The position numbers and the translations under genes are program-made. The notes beneath the pieces are model-generated. The model was not told the origin of the DNA. It made no database searches and saw only the letters and a list, made by a program, of their open reading frames with translations. Below are positions 10,295-21,600 of a DNA stretch of 64,000 bases, in pieces; positions within the stretch are counted from its first letter, which is position 1; each line of letters begins with the position of its first letter. The stretch lies in the IMG/VR virus record IMGVR_UViG_3300025840_000013, one strand, 5' to 3'. The DNA comes from a virus.

Positions 10295-13200
10295 ATGGCA
10301 ATAAATTTAAACGTCACTCCCTATCACGATGACTATGATATTGATAAAGGGTACTTGAGGGTATTGTATAAGCCTGGAAATTCTGTACAGGCAAGAGAAT
10401 TAACGCAACAACAAACAATCTTACAACAACAAATTGCAAACATGGGAGATCACTTCTTTAAAGAAGGTTCTATGGTTATCCCTGGCAGTTCTGCTGTAGA
10501 TGTTGCTGTTCCTTATATCAAAGTGACTCTTGCTGAAGGACTTACCACTGCTGCAGAATTTGTCGGCAAAGTAATTCAAGGTAATAAGACAGGGATCAGG
10601 GCGATTGTCATTTCTTATGCTGATGCTGTTGATTTAAATCAAGATGCACAGATTGATGATAATGATGAACCAACAACACTGTTTGTAAAATATCTTGATG
10701 GTGTTGCTGGAGGCCAAAGAGTAGTAGATGGTGTTACACTTGAAATTGATGATGAAAATGGAATCGATTTTGTTGTTAATGGAAATACTGTAAATTTAAA
10801 AGAGGGTGATACTTCATCCTTCGTAGAGGGAGAGGTTCTAACTGCATCAAATGATGATGGTTTAAATTTAATCGCAACAGTTGCACTTAGTTCCGACCAT
10901 GCAGATCCTTTAGGTAAGGGTTCTCTTGCATTTGTTGAAGAAGGAATTTATTACACTCAGGGGTTTATGGTCAAAAACCAATCACAAAGTGTAATTCTAG
11001 ACAAATATGATGACACTCCTAGTTATAAAATTGGATTTGAAATACAAGAAACGGTTGTAAGTGCAAACGAAGATCCATCTCTTTTTGATAACGCACAGGG
11101 AACAACAAATTACAACGCCCCTGGCGCCGATAGATATCGAATCAATCTCGTATGGAGTAAAAGAACATTAGATACTCCAACAACAGATAACTTTATAGAA
11201 ATTATTACCGTTCAAGACGGTATTATTAAAACACATGTTAGAAATACAGAATATTCAGTAATTACCGATGTACTTGCAAGAAGAACTTATGATGAGTCTG
11301 GTGATTATACGGTTCGCCCATTCAATTTAGACATTAGAGAGTATTTCAAAGAAAATGGAAATGGTGGTGTATACACCATGAAAAATTTTGAATTTGATAC
11401 CGAAGTGGCAGCAAAAGATTTCGCACTAAAGAATTTTACAGATGAAGATGGAATGGTCGATCAAAATGGAAACGGACTTGCTCATACAGTAAGTGCATTA
11501 GAACTTATAAAATTTTCTGATCAAAATTTGGATTCGACTGGATTAAAATATTACCCAGGCTCAAGTCATCAATTTTTAGTTGATGCAGTAAGAAATTATC
11601 TTGCACTTGGAGTTGAGAGTGGAAAGGCCTATGTTAGAGGTTATGAAATTACCAAAACGGCCACTACATACATTCCTTATAAAAGGTCGAGAGAAAATTA
11701 TCAAGTAAACAATCATTATATTCCTGTCGATCTGGGCCCATACATCTACATTACAGATGCAAAAGGACTTCCACTGATAGATGAAGAAGTTAAACTTGTT
11801 AATATGAACATTTCTCCAGTAATTAATGAAGATTACACAATTGTAACATCGAATTTAGATGATGCTGATACTGCATATTTCCAACCAGTACAATATGACG
11901 AAGATTTGACATTTTTTGCTGGTGGCGGCACTAACTTGGGCGCAAATGCATATGGTATTGATGTAATTGCAAATGCAAAAGTTAAGGCGATAGAATATTT
12001 TACAGATTCCGATGATGATTCAATTGATGACAACTACGGAACTTCTACTTTTAGGCCTTCAAATACATCCGTTGAAACTGGAATATGGAAAGTTTTTCTA
12101 TATGACATCGAATATGAAATTAATCCAAGAACAAATGTTCCTTATACTATGTTGGATGCAAGGTCTATTGTTTCAAATGAAGAAGTTGTTCCAACAACAT
12201 TAGGTGGTTCAATTTATAGATTTGGCGCTAACGTATTAACACTGATGTCATTGTCGGATGTGCAGGGACAGTTTACACTAAAATCTCTCATCTATGATAG
12301 ATATGATAGAGATGTAAGAGCAATTAACTATTATTATAACTCTGCAGATCAGTTCCTATTGGTAAAAAATCTTAATTCTGGAAATGGATTGTCTACAGAA
12401 TCGGGAGTATTGCCTAGTGCAACCTTTGTTACAAATGAACTTATTAACGAGGCGATTGCCAGTGGTTCTGCTGGGACAGATACTACATCTTTTGATGGTA
12501 ATGCATCTGCTGATATGACAGGAACTCAGGCAAGGATTACTGGTAAATTTGCACTTTTGTCAGATGGTGGTGCAAGTATTGTTGATACTGGTAAAAGATT
12601 TTTGCAAACTGTTAGATTTGTTGATGATGAAAGTGGAAGAGAAACAGTAGATACTCAATACGATGTACTGAAAGTATTTGAAGATCAAACAGTTACAGCC
12701 AATGGACAGCTTGTTTTAACCGCAACAGATGATAACTCATTCTTTATTTCAACTCAAAGTTTATATTTGGCATTTGATAGGGCAGATTTGAATTCTTCTG
12801 TAGGTGAAATTGGTAGAATTACAAGTATTTCATTTTCTTCTGATAGAAGAACTGCCACTCTTAATGTCACAAATTTGCCCGCAGGAACAACTGGGGTAAC
12901 TGTATACGCACCAATCAAAAAGACTTCTTCCAGAGAAAAAATTAAAACTTTGAGAGAAAATCAGTTACATTTGCCTTACACCTTAGTGGATGCAATTGGA
13001 CAAACAATTGGACAAACTGACTATGATAATGTAAACGATGCAAATAACGATACATCTCTAAGTTATGATGTAGATTTATTAGGATCAAATTCTAGTGTTG
13101 CAACAGGAGTTGTGAATTCTTCAATTCCTACTGGCGCAAATAATGATCTTATTCTTAGTGTGTCTAATTTTCAATTACCACATTCAGATGTATATGAAAT

Positions 13201-16200
13201 CAAAAAAATATATGACACTTGTAATGTAAACAATACTTCTTATAGAATTTCAATTGAATCAAATGACAGAAAATTCCTACATGAAATGACAGAGGCAGAT
13301 TTTGAATTTGCACTGAAAGCCTATACTTTTTATGAAACGACTGGCGCCTCTCCATTTTCTGTTGATTTAGATCATACTGTATATCCAACTCTTGTTAGTA
13401 TTCAACCGCAACTGACTGTTGATGGTACAGTAAATCCATTTAAGGAAGAAATCGAAGAATTATGGTTGAGTAATGTTGGTATCGAAACTCCTGCAGAAGT
13501 TCCTGTTAAAATTAATGATATTACTGATAGATATACTTTATTTTCTGGACAAAGACATTCTATCATTCAATTGGGCGAATTAGAACTAAAGGCTGGTACA
13601 TTACCATGTGGCGGCCGCCCCATTATTATTTACTCTTATTTTGAACACGGCACAGGCGATTATGCATCCGTAGACTCATATGTTAATATCCCATATCATA
13701 AAATCCCAATTTTTGAGGGTGTTAGATTACACAGTACATTAGACTTTAGACCTGCTGCAACTTATCAACAACTGTCTGGGTATCCATATGGTAAGGGTGT
13801 TGTTTCTGGAATTTCTGATTATCCAATCGATGCGAGTGCAATCAGTGCAGATATGCGTATCTATTTTGGTAGAGCGGATAAACTTTACATGGATAAGTTT
13901 GGAAACATTAATGTGAAGTATGGTGCTCCTTCTGAAACTCCTGTTTTCCCAACAGATCCAGAAGATGGAATGGTATTATACACATTAGAAACACTACCAT
14001 ATACTGGTGTTCCTAAAGATGTTAGTGCGAAAATGATTGACAATAGAAGATATACCATGAGAGATATTGGTAAACTTGATAAGAGAATTACTAATTTAGA
14101 ATATTATACTTCTTTAAATCTTTTAGAAAAAGAAACTAAAGACTTGTTGGTTACGGACGAAAATGGACTTGATAGATTTAAGAATGGATTTGTAGTTGAA
14201 AACTTTACTGGTTTTGGAACTGCAAACGTTTATGATTCTGATTTTAACGCTTCTATGGATACAGGAAAGGGTGAGTTGCGTCCGTTTTTTACTACCTCAA
14301 ACATTCCAATGCATTTAGATTTTGTAAACTCTGAGGGATTTGAAGTTTCGGGTAGATGGGCGTCACTTCCATATACGAGTCAGTTATTAATCGAACAAAG
14401 AAAATCTTCAAAAACTGTAAATGTAAACCCATTTGCAATTTTTAGTTTTAAGGGTTCTATGGTACTTGTACCTTCTACGGACAACTGGCATGACGATCCA
14501 AAGTATTTGGATACAATTACAATTAATGAACGAGGAAACACAGATAATTTTGAAGAACTTGCACAGAGGTCAGGAATTCTTGGAACCGTTTGGGGCTCTT
14601 GGGAAACGACATGGACTGGTGCAACTAATCAGGCAACAAATACAAGTTCTCGTACCGAATCTAGTGGAAACAATGACCGCACAGTAACAACTACAACTAA
14701 TACTTGGAATGATACAGGAACAAGAACAAGAACAGGTGTTACAACATCACTTAACGAAAGTTGGACTCCAGTTACTACAGATAAACTGGTCAGTACTGAA
14801 CAAATTCCATTTATTCGTACTAGAGATGTATATTTTAAAGCCACTGGGATGAAACCAAATACAAAGTTGTTTGCATTCTTTGACAATACACCAGTTAGTG
14901 ATTATGTTACTCCGATAAAAACATTAAATATTACAAATGTTCCGCCGGCAACAGCGCAATATATTAAAAACAATAGAAATATATTTGCAGATCAATATGG
15001 TGAATTGAAATTGCGTGGACAATCTACTGCACATGAAATCTTTGTTGCAGATATTGATTATTTGGATGCAACTTCTCTAAAACTTTATGTATTGGATAAT
15101 GTGCCTGGCAAAAGTAATAGTTCTTTCAGTTTAGGAGAGGTTCTATTCTTAGTTGAACGAGATGGGAAATCTCATAACATTGGAAGCTTCCCAAATGAAG
15201 GTATTGTTGGTGGTTCTGCTTTAAGATCAGACTCAGCTGGTACTGTTTACGGTAACTTTTCAATTCCAAATAACAACCAAACTCCAAATGATGATGATTT
15301 GAAATTCAGAACTGGAGAAAGGGTGTTTAAGTTATGCGATCAACCAAACGGAAATCTAGATGATTCCGATACGGATACGAATGCAACATATACTGCAAGA
15401 GGAATCATTGAAACTAGACAAAAAACAACCGTAAATACAAGAACAGTTGAAATTGTTGATACAGTAACCAGTTCGACAGAAGATGTTGTTTCAGAATTAC
15501 GTTCAAGTAGTAATTCTAGTTTTGGTCAATGGAGACAAGTTCGTGGATGGGGTGACCCACTTGCACAATCATTTTTGGTTGATGTAGAGGGCGGCGCCTT
15601 CATTACAAGTGCGGAGATTTTCTTCTCTGCAAAAGACGAAGTTGTTCCAGTGACTCTGCAAATAAGAAATATGGTTAATGGATATCCTGGCCAATATATA
15701 CTTGGTGAAAAGATGTTAGATCCAAGACAAGATTTAATTCAACTTTCGGATGATGGTTCTTTAGAAACAATATTTACCTTTGATGAACCAGTATATTTGG
15801 AAGAGGCAACAGAATACTGCCTTGTATTAATTGCAAATACGCAAGGATATAGAGTTCATGTTGCAACATTAGGACAAGAGGCACTTGATGGATCTGGAAT
15901 TATTTCTGAACAACCTTATGCTGGTGTTTTCTTTAAATCTCAAAATGCTTCTACATGGACTGCAGAACAAAAAGAAGATTTAAAATTCACACTTTCTAGA
16001 GCAAAATTTGATATTAATAAAGATAGTAGTCTATATTTCACAAATTCCGAAATAGATGTTGGAATGTCCGATATTAATGTTATGGAGAGAATATTTGATG
16101 ATAACGCAATGTTTGTTCATAAAGATAGTTCTCTTATTACATTTACTGTAAATGATAGTTCTGGATGTGTCCCAACAAGTTTCTGGCAACCAAACGGATA

Positions 16201-17230
16201 TAATTATGTTACTCTTAAAAATTTCCATGGGACTTACGACCAATATAGCGCTGCAGATTTAAATGGTTCGCATTTGGTTGTTGCAACAACTCATAATTCG
16301 TTTACTATCGATATGAGAGGTTTTTTCTATCCAGAAGGAGTGCAGTCAGCAAGAATTGCCCATGGTGGAACCATTCCATCAGTTGACTCTATATTTACTC
16401 CTGCATCAAATACATTTTCGCAGTTTAGACAAAAGAAACCAGCTAGTTGGTGTACTAATATTAAATATGATTTAATGAAACCTAACATTACATCTGTTGA
16501 ACTAGCTGGTACTGGTATTTCGATGAAATTTAAAGCATTGACAGGTACATCGCAGGATTCGACAGAGGCGCCAGGGGTTAAAGACTTAAGTTTCAGAGGA
16601 ATTACACCAAATCAAAACTATGCATTTAATAGACCAATGATGGTTGCAGACAATTATAATGAGACTGTTTTTGATACATCTACGAATTCCCTTGACAAAA
16701 AGTCATTGATCTGGAAGGTAGACTTAGTTTCTAATAAGGACAATCTGAGTCCTATTATCGACTTAGAAAGAATTGCTGCCGTATTGGTATCTAATGTAAC
16801 AAATAGTGCTGAAAATGTTCCTAGTGGAGTTAGAGGACATGTCAATACTGGATTTGTTGATGAAACGAGTCCACACGGTGGTTCAGCTGCAACTAAGTAT
16901 ATGACAAGAGAAATTAAATTAGATCAGTCATCAACATCACTAAAAATTATAGGTTCAGTTTATCGCCCAGATGTAACAGATGTAGATTTTTACTATAAGA
17001 TTAAAACATCACCAGATCAGAATTTTGAAAAACTTAATTATGTATTACTTGACCGTCCTGCCGTTTATGATAAGGCATCTAGAGATGTTTCAGATTATAA
17101 AGAATTTGATTACGAAGTAAGAAATTTACCAGAATTTAATTCTGTAGCAATCAAAATTGTTCTTAAGAGTAAAAACTCTAGTGTTGTACCAAAAGTCAGA
17201 GACTTTAGAGTTATTGCATTGGCAACTTAA
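10295..17230 (+). CDS. large virion structural protein, VrlC-like / DUF4815 family, 2311 aa
   Basis: NLNVTPYHDDYD...RVLYKPG.SVQARELTQ.QTILQ.QI, NYNAPGADRY, LARRTYDESGDY.V.PF, GKAYVRGYE, NRRYTMRDIGKL.KRI.NLEYYTSL.LLE, VNPFA, DPLAQSF, FKSQNASTWT, IKIVL.S.NSSVVP.VRDFR.IALAT. Sits after gp8 as in marine T4-like phages. Confidence 0.9.
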   Translation: MAINLNVTPYHDDYDIDKGYLRVLYKPGNSVQARELTQQQTILQQQIANMGDHFFKEGSMVIPGSSAVDVAVPYIKVTLAEGLTTAAEFVGKVIQGNKTGIRAIVISYADAVDLNQDAQIDDNDEPTTLFVKYLDGVAGGQRVVDGVTLEIDDENGIDFVVNGNTVNLKEGDTSSFVEGEVLTASNDDGLNLIATVALSSDHADPLGKGSLAFVEEGIYYTQGFMVKNQSQSVILDKYDDTPSYKIGFEIQETVVSANEDPSLFDNAQGTTNYNAPGADRYRINLVWSKRTLDTPTTDNFIEIITVQDGIIKTHVRNTEYSVITDVLARRTYDESGDYTVRPFNLDIREYFKENGNGGVYTMKNFEFDTEVAAKDFALKNFTDEDGMVDQNGNGLAHTVSALELIKFSDQNLDSTGLKYYPGSSHQFLVDAVRNYLALGVESGKAYVRGYEITKTATTYIPYKRSRENYQVNNHYIPVDLGPYIYITDAKGLPLIDEEVKLVNMNISPVINEDYTIVTSNLDDADTAYFQPVQYDEDLTFFAGGGTNLGANAYGIDVIANAKVKAIEYFTDSDDDSIDDNYGTSTFRPSNTSVETGIWKVFLYDIEYEINPRTNVPYTMLDARSIVSNEEVVPTTLGGSIYRFGANVLTLMSLSDVQGQFTLKSLIYDRYDRDVRAINYYYNSADQFLLVKNLNSGNGLSTESGVLPSATFVTNELINEAIASGSAGTDTTSFDGNASADMTGTQARITGKFALLSDGGASIVDTGKRFLQTVRFVDDESGRETVDTQYDVLKVFEDQTVTANGQLVLTATDDNSFFISTQSLYLAFDRADLNSSVGEIGRITSISFSSDRRTATLNVTNLPAGTTGVTVYAPIKKTSSREKIKTLRENQLHLPYTLVDAIGQTIGQTDYDNVNDANNDTSLSYDVDLLGSNSSVATGVVNSSIPTGANNDLILSVSNFQLPHSDVYEIKKIYDTCNVNNTSYRISIESNDRKFLHEMTEADFEFALKAYTFYETTGASPFSVDLDHTVYPTLVSIQPQLTVDGTVNPFKEEIEELWLSNVGIETPAEVPVKINDITDRYTLFSGQRHSIIQLGELELKAGTLPCGGRPIIIYSYFEHGTGDYASVDSYVNIPYHKIPIFEGVRLHSTLDFRPAATYQQLSGYPYGKGVVSGISDYPIDASAISADMRIYFGRADKLYMDKFGNINVKYGAPSETPVFPTDPEDGMVLYTLETLPYTGVPKDVSAKMIDNRRYTMRDIGKLDKRITNLEYYTSLNLLEKETKDLLVTDENGLDRFKNGFVVENFTGFGTANVYDSDFNASMDTGKGELRPFFTTSNIPMHLDFVNSEGFEVSGRWASLPYTSQLLIEQRKSSKTVNVNPFAIFSFKGSMVLVPSTDNWHDDPKYLDTITINERGNTDNFEELAQRSGILGTVWGSWETTWTGATNQATNTSSRTESSGNNDRTVTTTTNTWNDTGTRTRTGVTTSLNESWTPVTTDKLVSTEQIPFIRTRDVYFKATGMKPNTKLFAFFDNTPVSDYVTPIKTLNITNVPPATAQYIKNNRNIFADQYGELKLRGQSTAHEIFVADIDYLDATSLKLYVLDNVPGKSNSSFSLGEVLFLVERDGKSHNIGSFPNEGIVGGSALRSDSAGTVYGNFSIPNNNQTPNDDDLKFRTGERVFKLCDQPNGNLDDSDTDTNATYTARGIIETRQKTTVNTRTVEIVDTVTSSTEDVVSELRSSSNSSFGQWRQVRGWGDPLAQSFLVDVEGGAFITSAEIFFSAKDEVVPVTLQIRNMVNGYPGQYILGEKMLDPRQDLIQLSDDGSLETIFTFDEPVYLEEATEYCLVLIANTQGYRVHVATLGQEALDGSGIISEQPYAGVFFKSQNASTWTAEQKEDLKFTLSRAKFDINKDSSLYFTNSEIDVGMSDINVMERIFDDNAMFVHKDSSLITFTVNDSSGCVPTSFWQPNGYNYVTLKNFHGTYDQYSAADLNGSHLVVATTHNSFTIDMRGFFYPEGVQSARIAHGGTIPSVDSIFTPASNTFSQFRQKKPASWCTNIKYDLMKPNITSVELAGTGISMKFKALTGTSQDSTEAPGVKDLSFRGITPNQNYAFNRPMMVADNYNETVFDTSTNSLDKKSLIWKVDLVSNKDNLSPIIDLERIAAVLVSNVTNSAENVPSGVRGHVNTGFVDETSPHGGSAATKYMTREIKLDQSSTSLKIIGSVYRPDVTDVDFYYKIKTSPDQNFEKLNYVLLDRPAVYDKASRDVSDYKEFDYEVRNLPEFNSVAIKIVLKSKNSSVVPKVRDFRVIALAT

Positions 17231-17242
17231 TTGGAGAATATA

Positions 17243-17443
17243 ATGAGACTAAAAGTTAAGGGTAATAAAGATCTTGTCAGAGATACGAACTCACAGGCGA
17301 TAATAAATACTGATAACAATGGTTATAATAATTTTATCAGAAGGTCTAATGCACTTAGAAGGCGTGACGATGAAATAAAAGATTTACAACAAGAAATGAA
17401 TGAAATAAAAAACACACTAAACTTAATATTGGAGAAACTTTAA
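17243..17443 (+). CDS. small conserved T4-like cyanophage-type protein (66 aa, C-terminal coiled coil)
   Basis: KVKGNKDLVRDTNSQAIINTD...EIK..LNLILEKL, the small gene usually following VrlC. GGAG at 17233-17236 favours ATG 17243 over the TTG at 17231. Confidence 0.75.
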   Translation: MRLKVKGNKDLVRDTNSQAIINTDNNGYNNFIRRSNALRRRDDEIKDLQQEMNEIKNTLNLILEKL

Positions 17444-18643
17444 ATGGCCGTAGAATATCCATCCCTTGTAGATGTGTTGACAACAGACACCTTTGAAGAG
17501 TGGAGAGTCAAAACTAATAATTTCAAAGCTTATGCCGAGGCAGCGGCTGCAAATATTGGTAATCTCGCATTCTTAGAAACTGATGCACAGTCTACAATCG
17601 TTGACGCAATCAACGAAGTAAACACTCATACAGATATCAATACTAGAAATATTGGTAACATGTCTACTCTTGACCCAGAAAATCGTGGGTGGAGAAGAGA
17701 TAATCTTGTAGACACAATTAATGCAGAAAATCAATGGTCTGTAGAATACACAGACGATGAGGTAGAAAAAGAAAGAAATGCACGAATTGCAGCAGACAAT
17801 GCCCTACAGGCAGAATTAGATGTAACTCAGAATGCTGCCGGATTAAACGCTGACGGAACATATTCATTAATTTCTACGGCAACATATGTTCCTGCTGCGA
17901 CTAGTCTTAGACAGGGAATTAGTCTTTTAGATACCACTTTGAAAACTAAATCTGATTTGTTAGATAGATTAAATATTACAGTTGGTGGTGGTGCTCTTAC
18001 TGGACAGTTTGATTATGATGGTTTGGGTGTTAATTATCTTTCTACAGACAGTGATAATAATGCAGTAGTAAAGACAAATCTTGTTGAATTAGATACTGCA
18101 GTAAAAGTTAATGAGGACGATATCACTTCATTAGAATCTAAAACAACTAGATTGGAAAATGTACAAAACTTCTTGAAACACTCAGTGGGTACAAACAATG
18201 ATGGTGTATACGATGCAGTATTATCAAATAATTATGCAGACTACGGTACTGTAAAAGAAAACATAAACATTCTTGATTCCACATTGAAATTGGTTAATGA
18301 TGAAGTTTTTGGAAGTCTTAAAGATAGAGTTGACAATATTGTAACTGATTTAGAAACCAAAGAAGATAAGTTAATTGTAAGAGGGCCTGGCGCTACTGAT
18401 GCAGACCCACTTGGTAACTTGAATAGTGGTGTCGGTGATACTACTTCAATTGTTAATGCCATTAATGCACTATATCAACAGGTTCTTCCATTAATTACCG
18501 ACCACAACGCTGGTGGATATGTTAAGAAAACTGGCGATACAATGTCTGGAACACTAACAATCGAAGGTGCAGATCTCAAAGTTACTGGAAATCAGTCGCT
18601 GAAAATTGAATGTAGTGGTGATATTATTGCATTCCAAGTTTAA
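17444..18643 (+). CDS. coiled-coil fibre protein (fibritin/whisker-like), 399 aa
   Basis: N-terminal TDTFEEWRVKTN motif of T4-like fibres; IGNL..L.T....IV.AINE repeats; G.N.DG.Y...LD..LK repeats; C-terminal YVKKTGDTMSGTL...SGDIIAF. Confidence 0.7.
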   Translation: MAVEYPSLVDVLTTDTFEEWRVKTNNFKAYAEAAAANIGNLAFLETDAQSTIVDAINEVNTHTDINTRNIGNMSTLDPENRGWRRDNLVDTINAENQWSVEYTDDEVEKERNARIAADNALQAELDVTQNAAGLNADGTYSLISTATYVPAATSLRQGISLLDTTLKTKSDLLDRLNITVGGGALTGQFDYDGLGVNYLSTDSDNNAVVKTNLVELDTAVKVNEDDITSLESKTTRLENVQNFLKHSVGTNNDGVYDAVLSNNYADYGTVKENINILDSTLKLVNDEVFGSLKDRVDNIVTDLETKEDKLIVRGPGATDADPLGNLNSGVGDTTSIVNAINALYQQVLPLITDHNAGGYVKKTGDTMSGTLTIEGADLKVTGNQSLKIECSGDIIAFQV

Positions 18644-18671
18644 TTAATTAGTAAGAGAAGAGAATTCTAAC

Positions 18672-21600
18672 ATGGCAATACCAGCAGACGGCAGACTGAA
18701 AATGACGCACATTGTTGCGGAGTTTAAACCAGTAAATAACTCCGCACCCCATTCTCTGTCTGAATATTATAGAGGTGGTGGTAATGTTCCAGATAGATTT
18801 AATAATAGAAATATTCCTGTTGGGCCCAGAGGGCGTACAATAAAATATTCTGATTTCCGTGGAACATCTGATGCAACACTTCCTTATAATATTTTAATTC
18901 CTACCATATGTGTTGAAGACGCATGGAAATATATGCGCCTTAGAGATGGAACATTTATGACTAGGTGGGATCAGATTAATGATAATAATACCGTCTATTT
19001 CACAAGAAATGAAGAACTTGGTTCTGTAAGAATTGATACTCCACAAGATTGGGAATATGTTAAGTTAACTATTCCTGCAATGAGTTTCAAGATGGGAACT
19101 GAAGAAGGATTTGAGCAAGTTGGGTATGAACAACACTGGTCTAACAAAGTAGACAATCAACAAGTCTTTGAGGCTGGTGATTGGAAAATTAGAATTCCAA
19201 AAGGATACAGAAGACTTAGAATTTTAGCAACTGGTGCCGGTGGTTCTGGTTCTTCACAATATATTCCTGGCCAACCTACTGTAGAAGATTATGTTCGTGA
19301 AGGATTGGTAGGTACGGAAGACCAAGGATTTGCTGGCGAAGACACAACTATTACAATGCCAAATAATCAGAAGATTAAAATTTTTGGTGGTATTGGTGGT
19401 AAACTTTCAAATGCAACAGGAGAGTCTACAACAATTCGTGGCGAGACTACTGATACACTTCAAACAGAGACTGGAACAGTAACACTTGCAAGTGGTTTTT
19501 CAGAAACTGATTATGCCGAAGGTAAGTACAATGGTTCATATATTTTAGAAACTAATGACTCAAACTACCAATTTTATTGGCAAAACCAACTTCTTGCAAC
19601 ATCAAATGATATTTCAGAAGATGTTAGAGATAGTTCTGGTTGGTTGTATACTTCAACTTCTGAAGTTATTGATGAAGATCCTCAAGGTACATTAAAGTGG
19701 TATAAGGTATCTAGAGTTAAAAGTTTAGAAGTCTCTGCAGAAGTTACGGATAGAATATACAATAGTATGTTGGAAAGAAACGCTAATGCAACAGAGAAAT
19801 CTAGACATGTAAACTCAGATACTGTGGTGGATGTCATTCGTTATATACAGGGAAGAACTGGATTTGTTGATGTTATCGCTGCAAACCCAGACTTTGGGCC
19901 CAACACATTTTCAACTACAGATGGATTTAAATATTTACTTGCTCAAGCAAGTAGTTTGTCTACAAGTACAACAACGAATATTCCAAATTATTCTGGCACC
20001 GATACTGGTACTATTAATACCAGTGGTAATCTCTATCAACACAAAGTTTATGCAGAAAATGGTACAACTGCCAATAATAATCAAACAACAACTACAACTA
20101 TATCAAATGTGGCAGATAATTTACTTTTGACTTTTGAACATCTTGGCGATACCACTTTTGCATACAATGCGAATTTTCTTTTCCCAATTAGAAATGTCCG
20201 AGGCACAATCTCTAATGGATTTCCTGCACTGGGAGAATATGTATTTACAGATATCGATGGCCAGAATTACTACAGAGGCGAAATAATTGGTGTAAGTGAT
20301 GGCTTCATCGATACCACAAGGGTTGGTTTTGACGAAGACTTCACCGAGGGCCAATCAGGTTTTGCCGAGATAACGTATTCTGCTTGGACTGCATCTACAC
20401 AAACCACTGAAGTAACATCTACTACCGCAAATACTCCTATTGCAGCAAATTCTGCCGCAACAAATTCTGAGTTTGTTGTTTCAAGTAGTGGTAATTTTTA
20501 TTATGAATATAATGCATACTTACAAAATACTACGCAGAGTGTTCGCCCAGAATTAGAAATTTATGTGAACGGTGTTCGTCAAGTTAATTATACTGGATCA
20601 AGTGCTCCCACTCTAACAGGAAATCAAGGAGAAATTAGACTTGCTTCTGGTAGATTGAATATTACAAATCCAGACTCTACAGTTAAAGTTGTTACTGATT
20701 TAAAAACGGTGACTACATCTGCAATTCTACCAGAAATTGATGGTGGTGGGTTTAGTACTATTGCACGAAGTGGAACGCACGATTTACCACTTGGTGCAAC
20801 TGGCCAACCCGCTGGTAAGGGTATCTTTATTTGGGGTCATAATTTTTTTGCATCTCAGAAATTATACACCGATGTGAATGGAAATGTCAGTGTTGTTCAC
20901 CAATCTTCTTCAGACCCCGAATATTGGTTCTTTATGACAACAGAAGAAGATGCAGGGCAATTTTATACTCCAGCATCTTATGGTACAGAACGAATATTTG
21001 TTGGAGTTCACAACGCTGGAAAATCAGTATATGTTTGGGGTAAAAACTATTTTAGATCATATACCTTTAGTGTTGATAATGATGGTTACTTTTCTTTCAT
21101 ACATCCATCGTCAAGTGACAGAGAACAATGGTACTATGCGATTGGTAAAAGAGGTGCGAATTTTACAACCCCAGCTGAATCTGGAACTTATACATTAGAA
21201 CTTGATGCCACTTATGCAGGAATGGAAGTTATAGTTTGGTCTAAAAACTTCTGGGGTATAAACGGACGCTTAACGCCTACTTCTACTAGTCCTGCTCCAA
21301 GACATCTTGTTTTTGACTCTGAGGGTAAGGTTGAATTGTCCCATTGGTCATCTTCAGATGATGAACAGTGGTACTGGTGTGTTACGGATGGTGGCACTAC
21401 ATCACAACCAGCTGGAGTTGGTGGTGTTTCAATGAATAGTTTCACACTAGAAACTTCACTGGACACAGATACAATCGATAAAATTTATCAAAAATATGTT
21501 GGAAGAAACTCTAATGTAATTGACAGAGACCTTTTCCGTCAACAAAATTATACAGTATTCCAAGGAATCAATTATGTTGTTGGTACTGCCGAATACGCCG

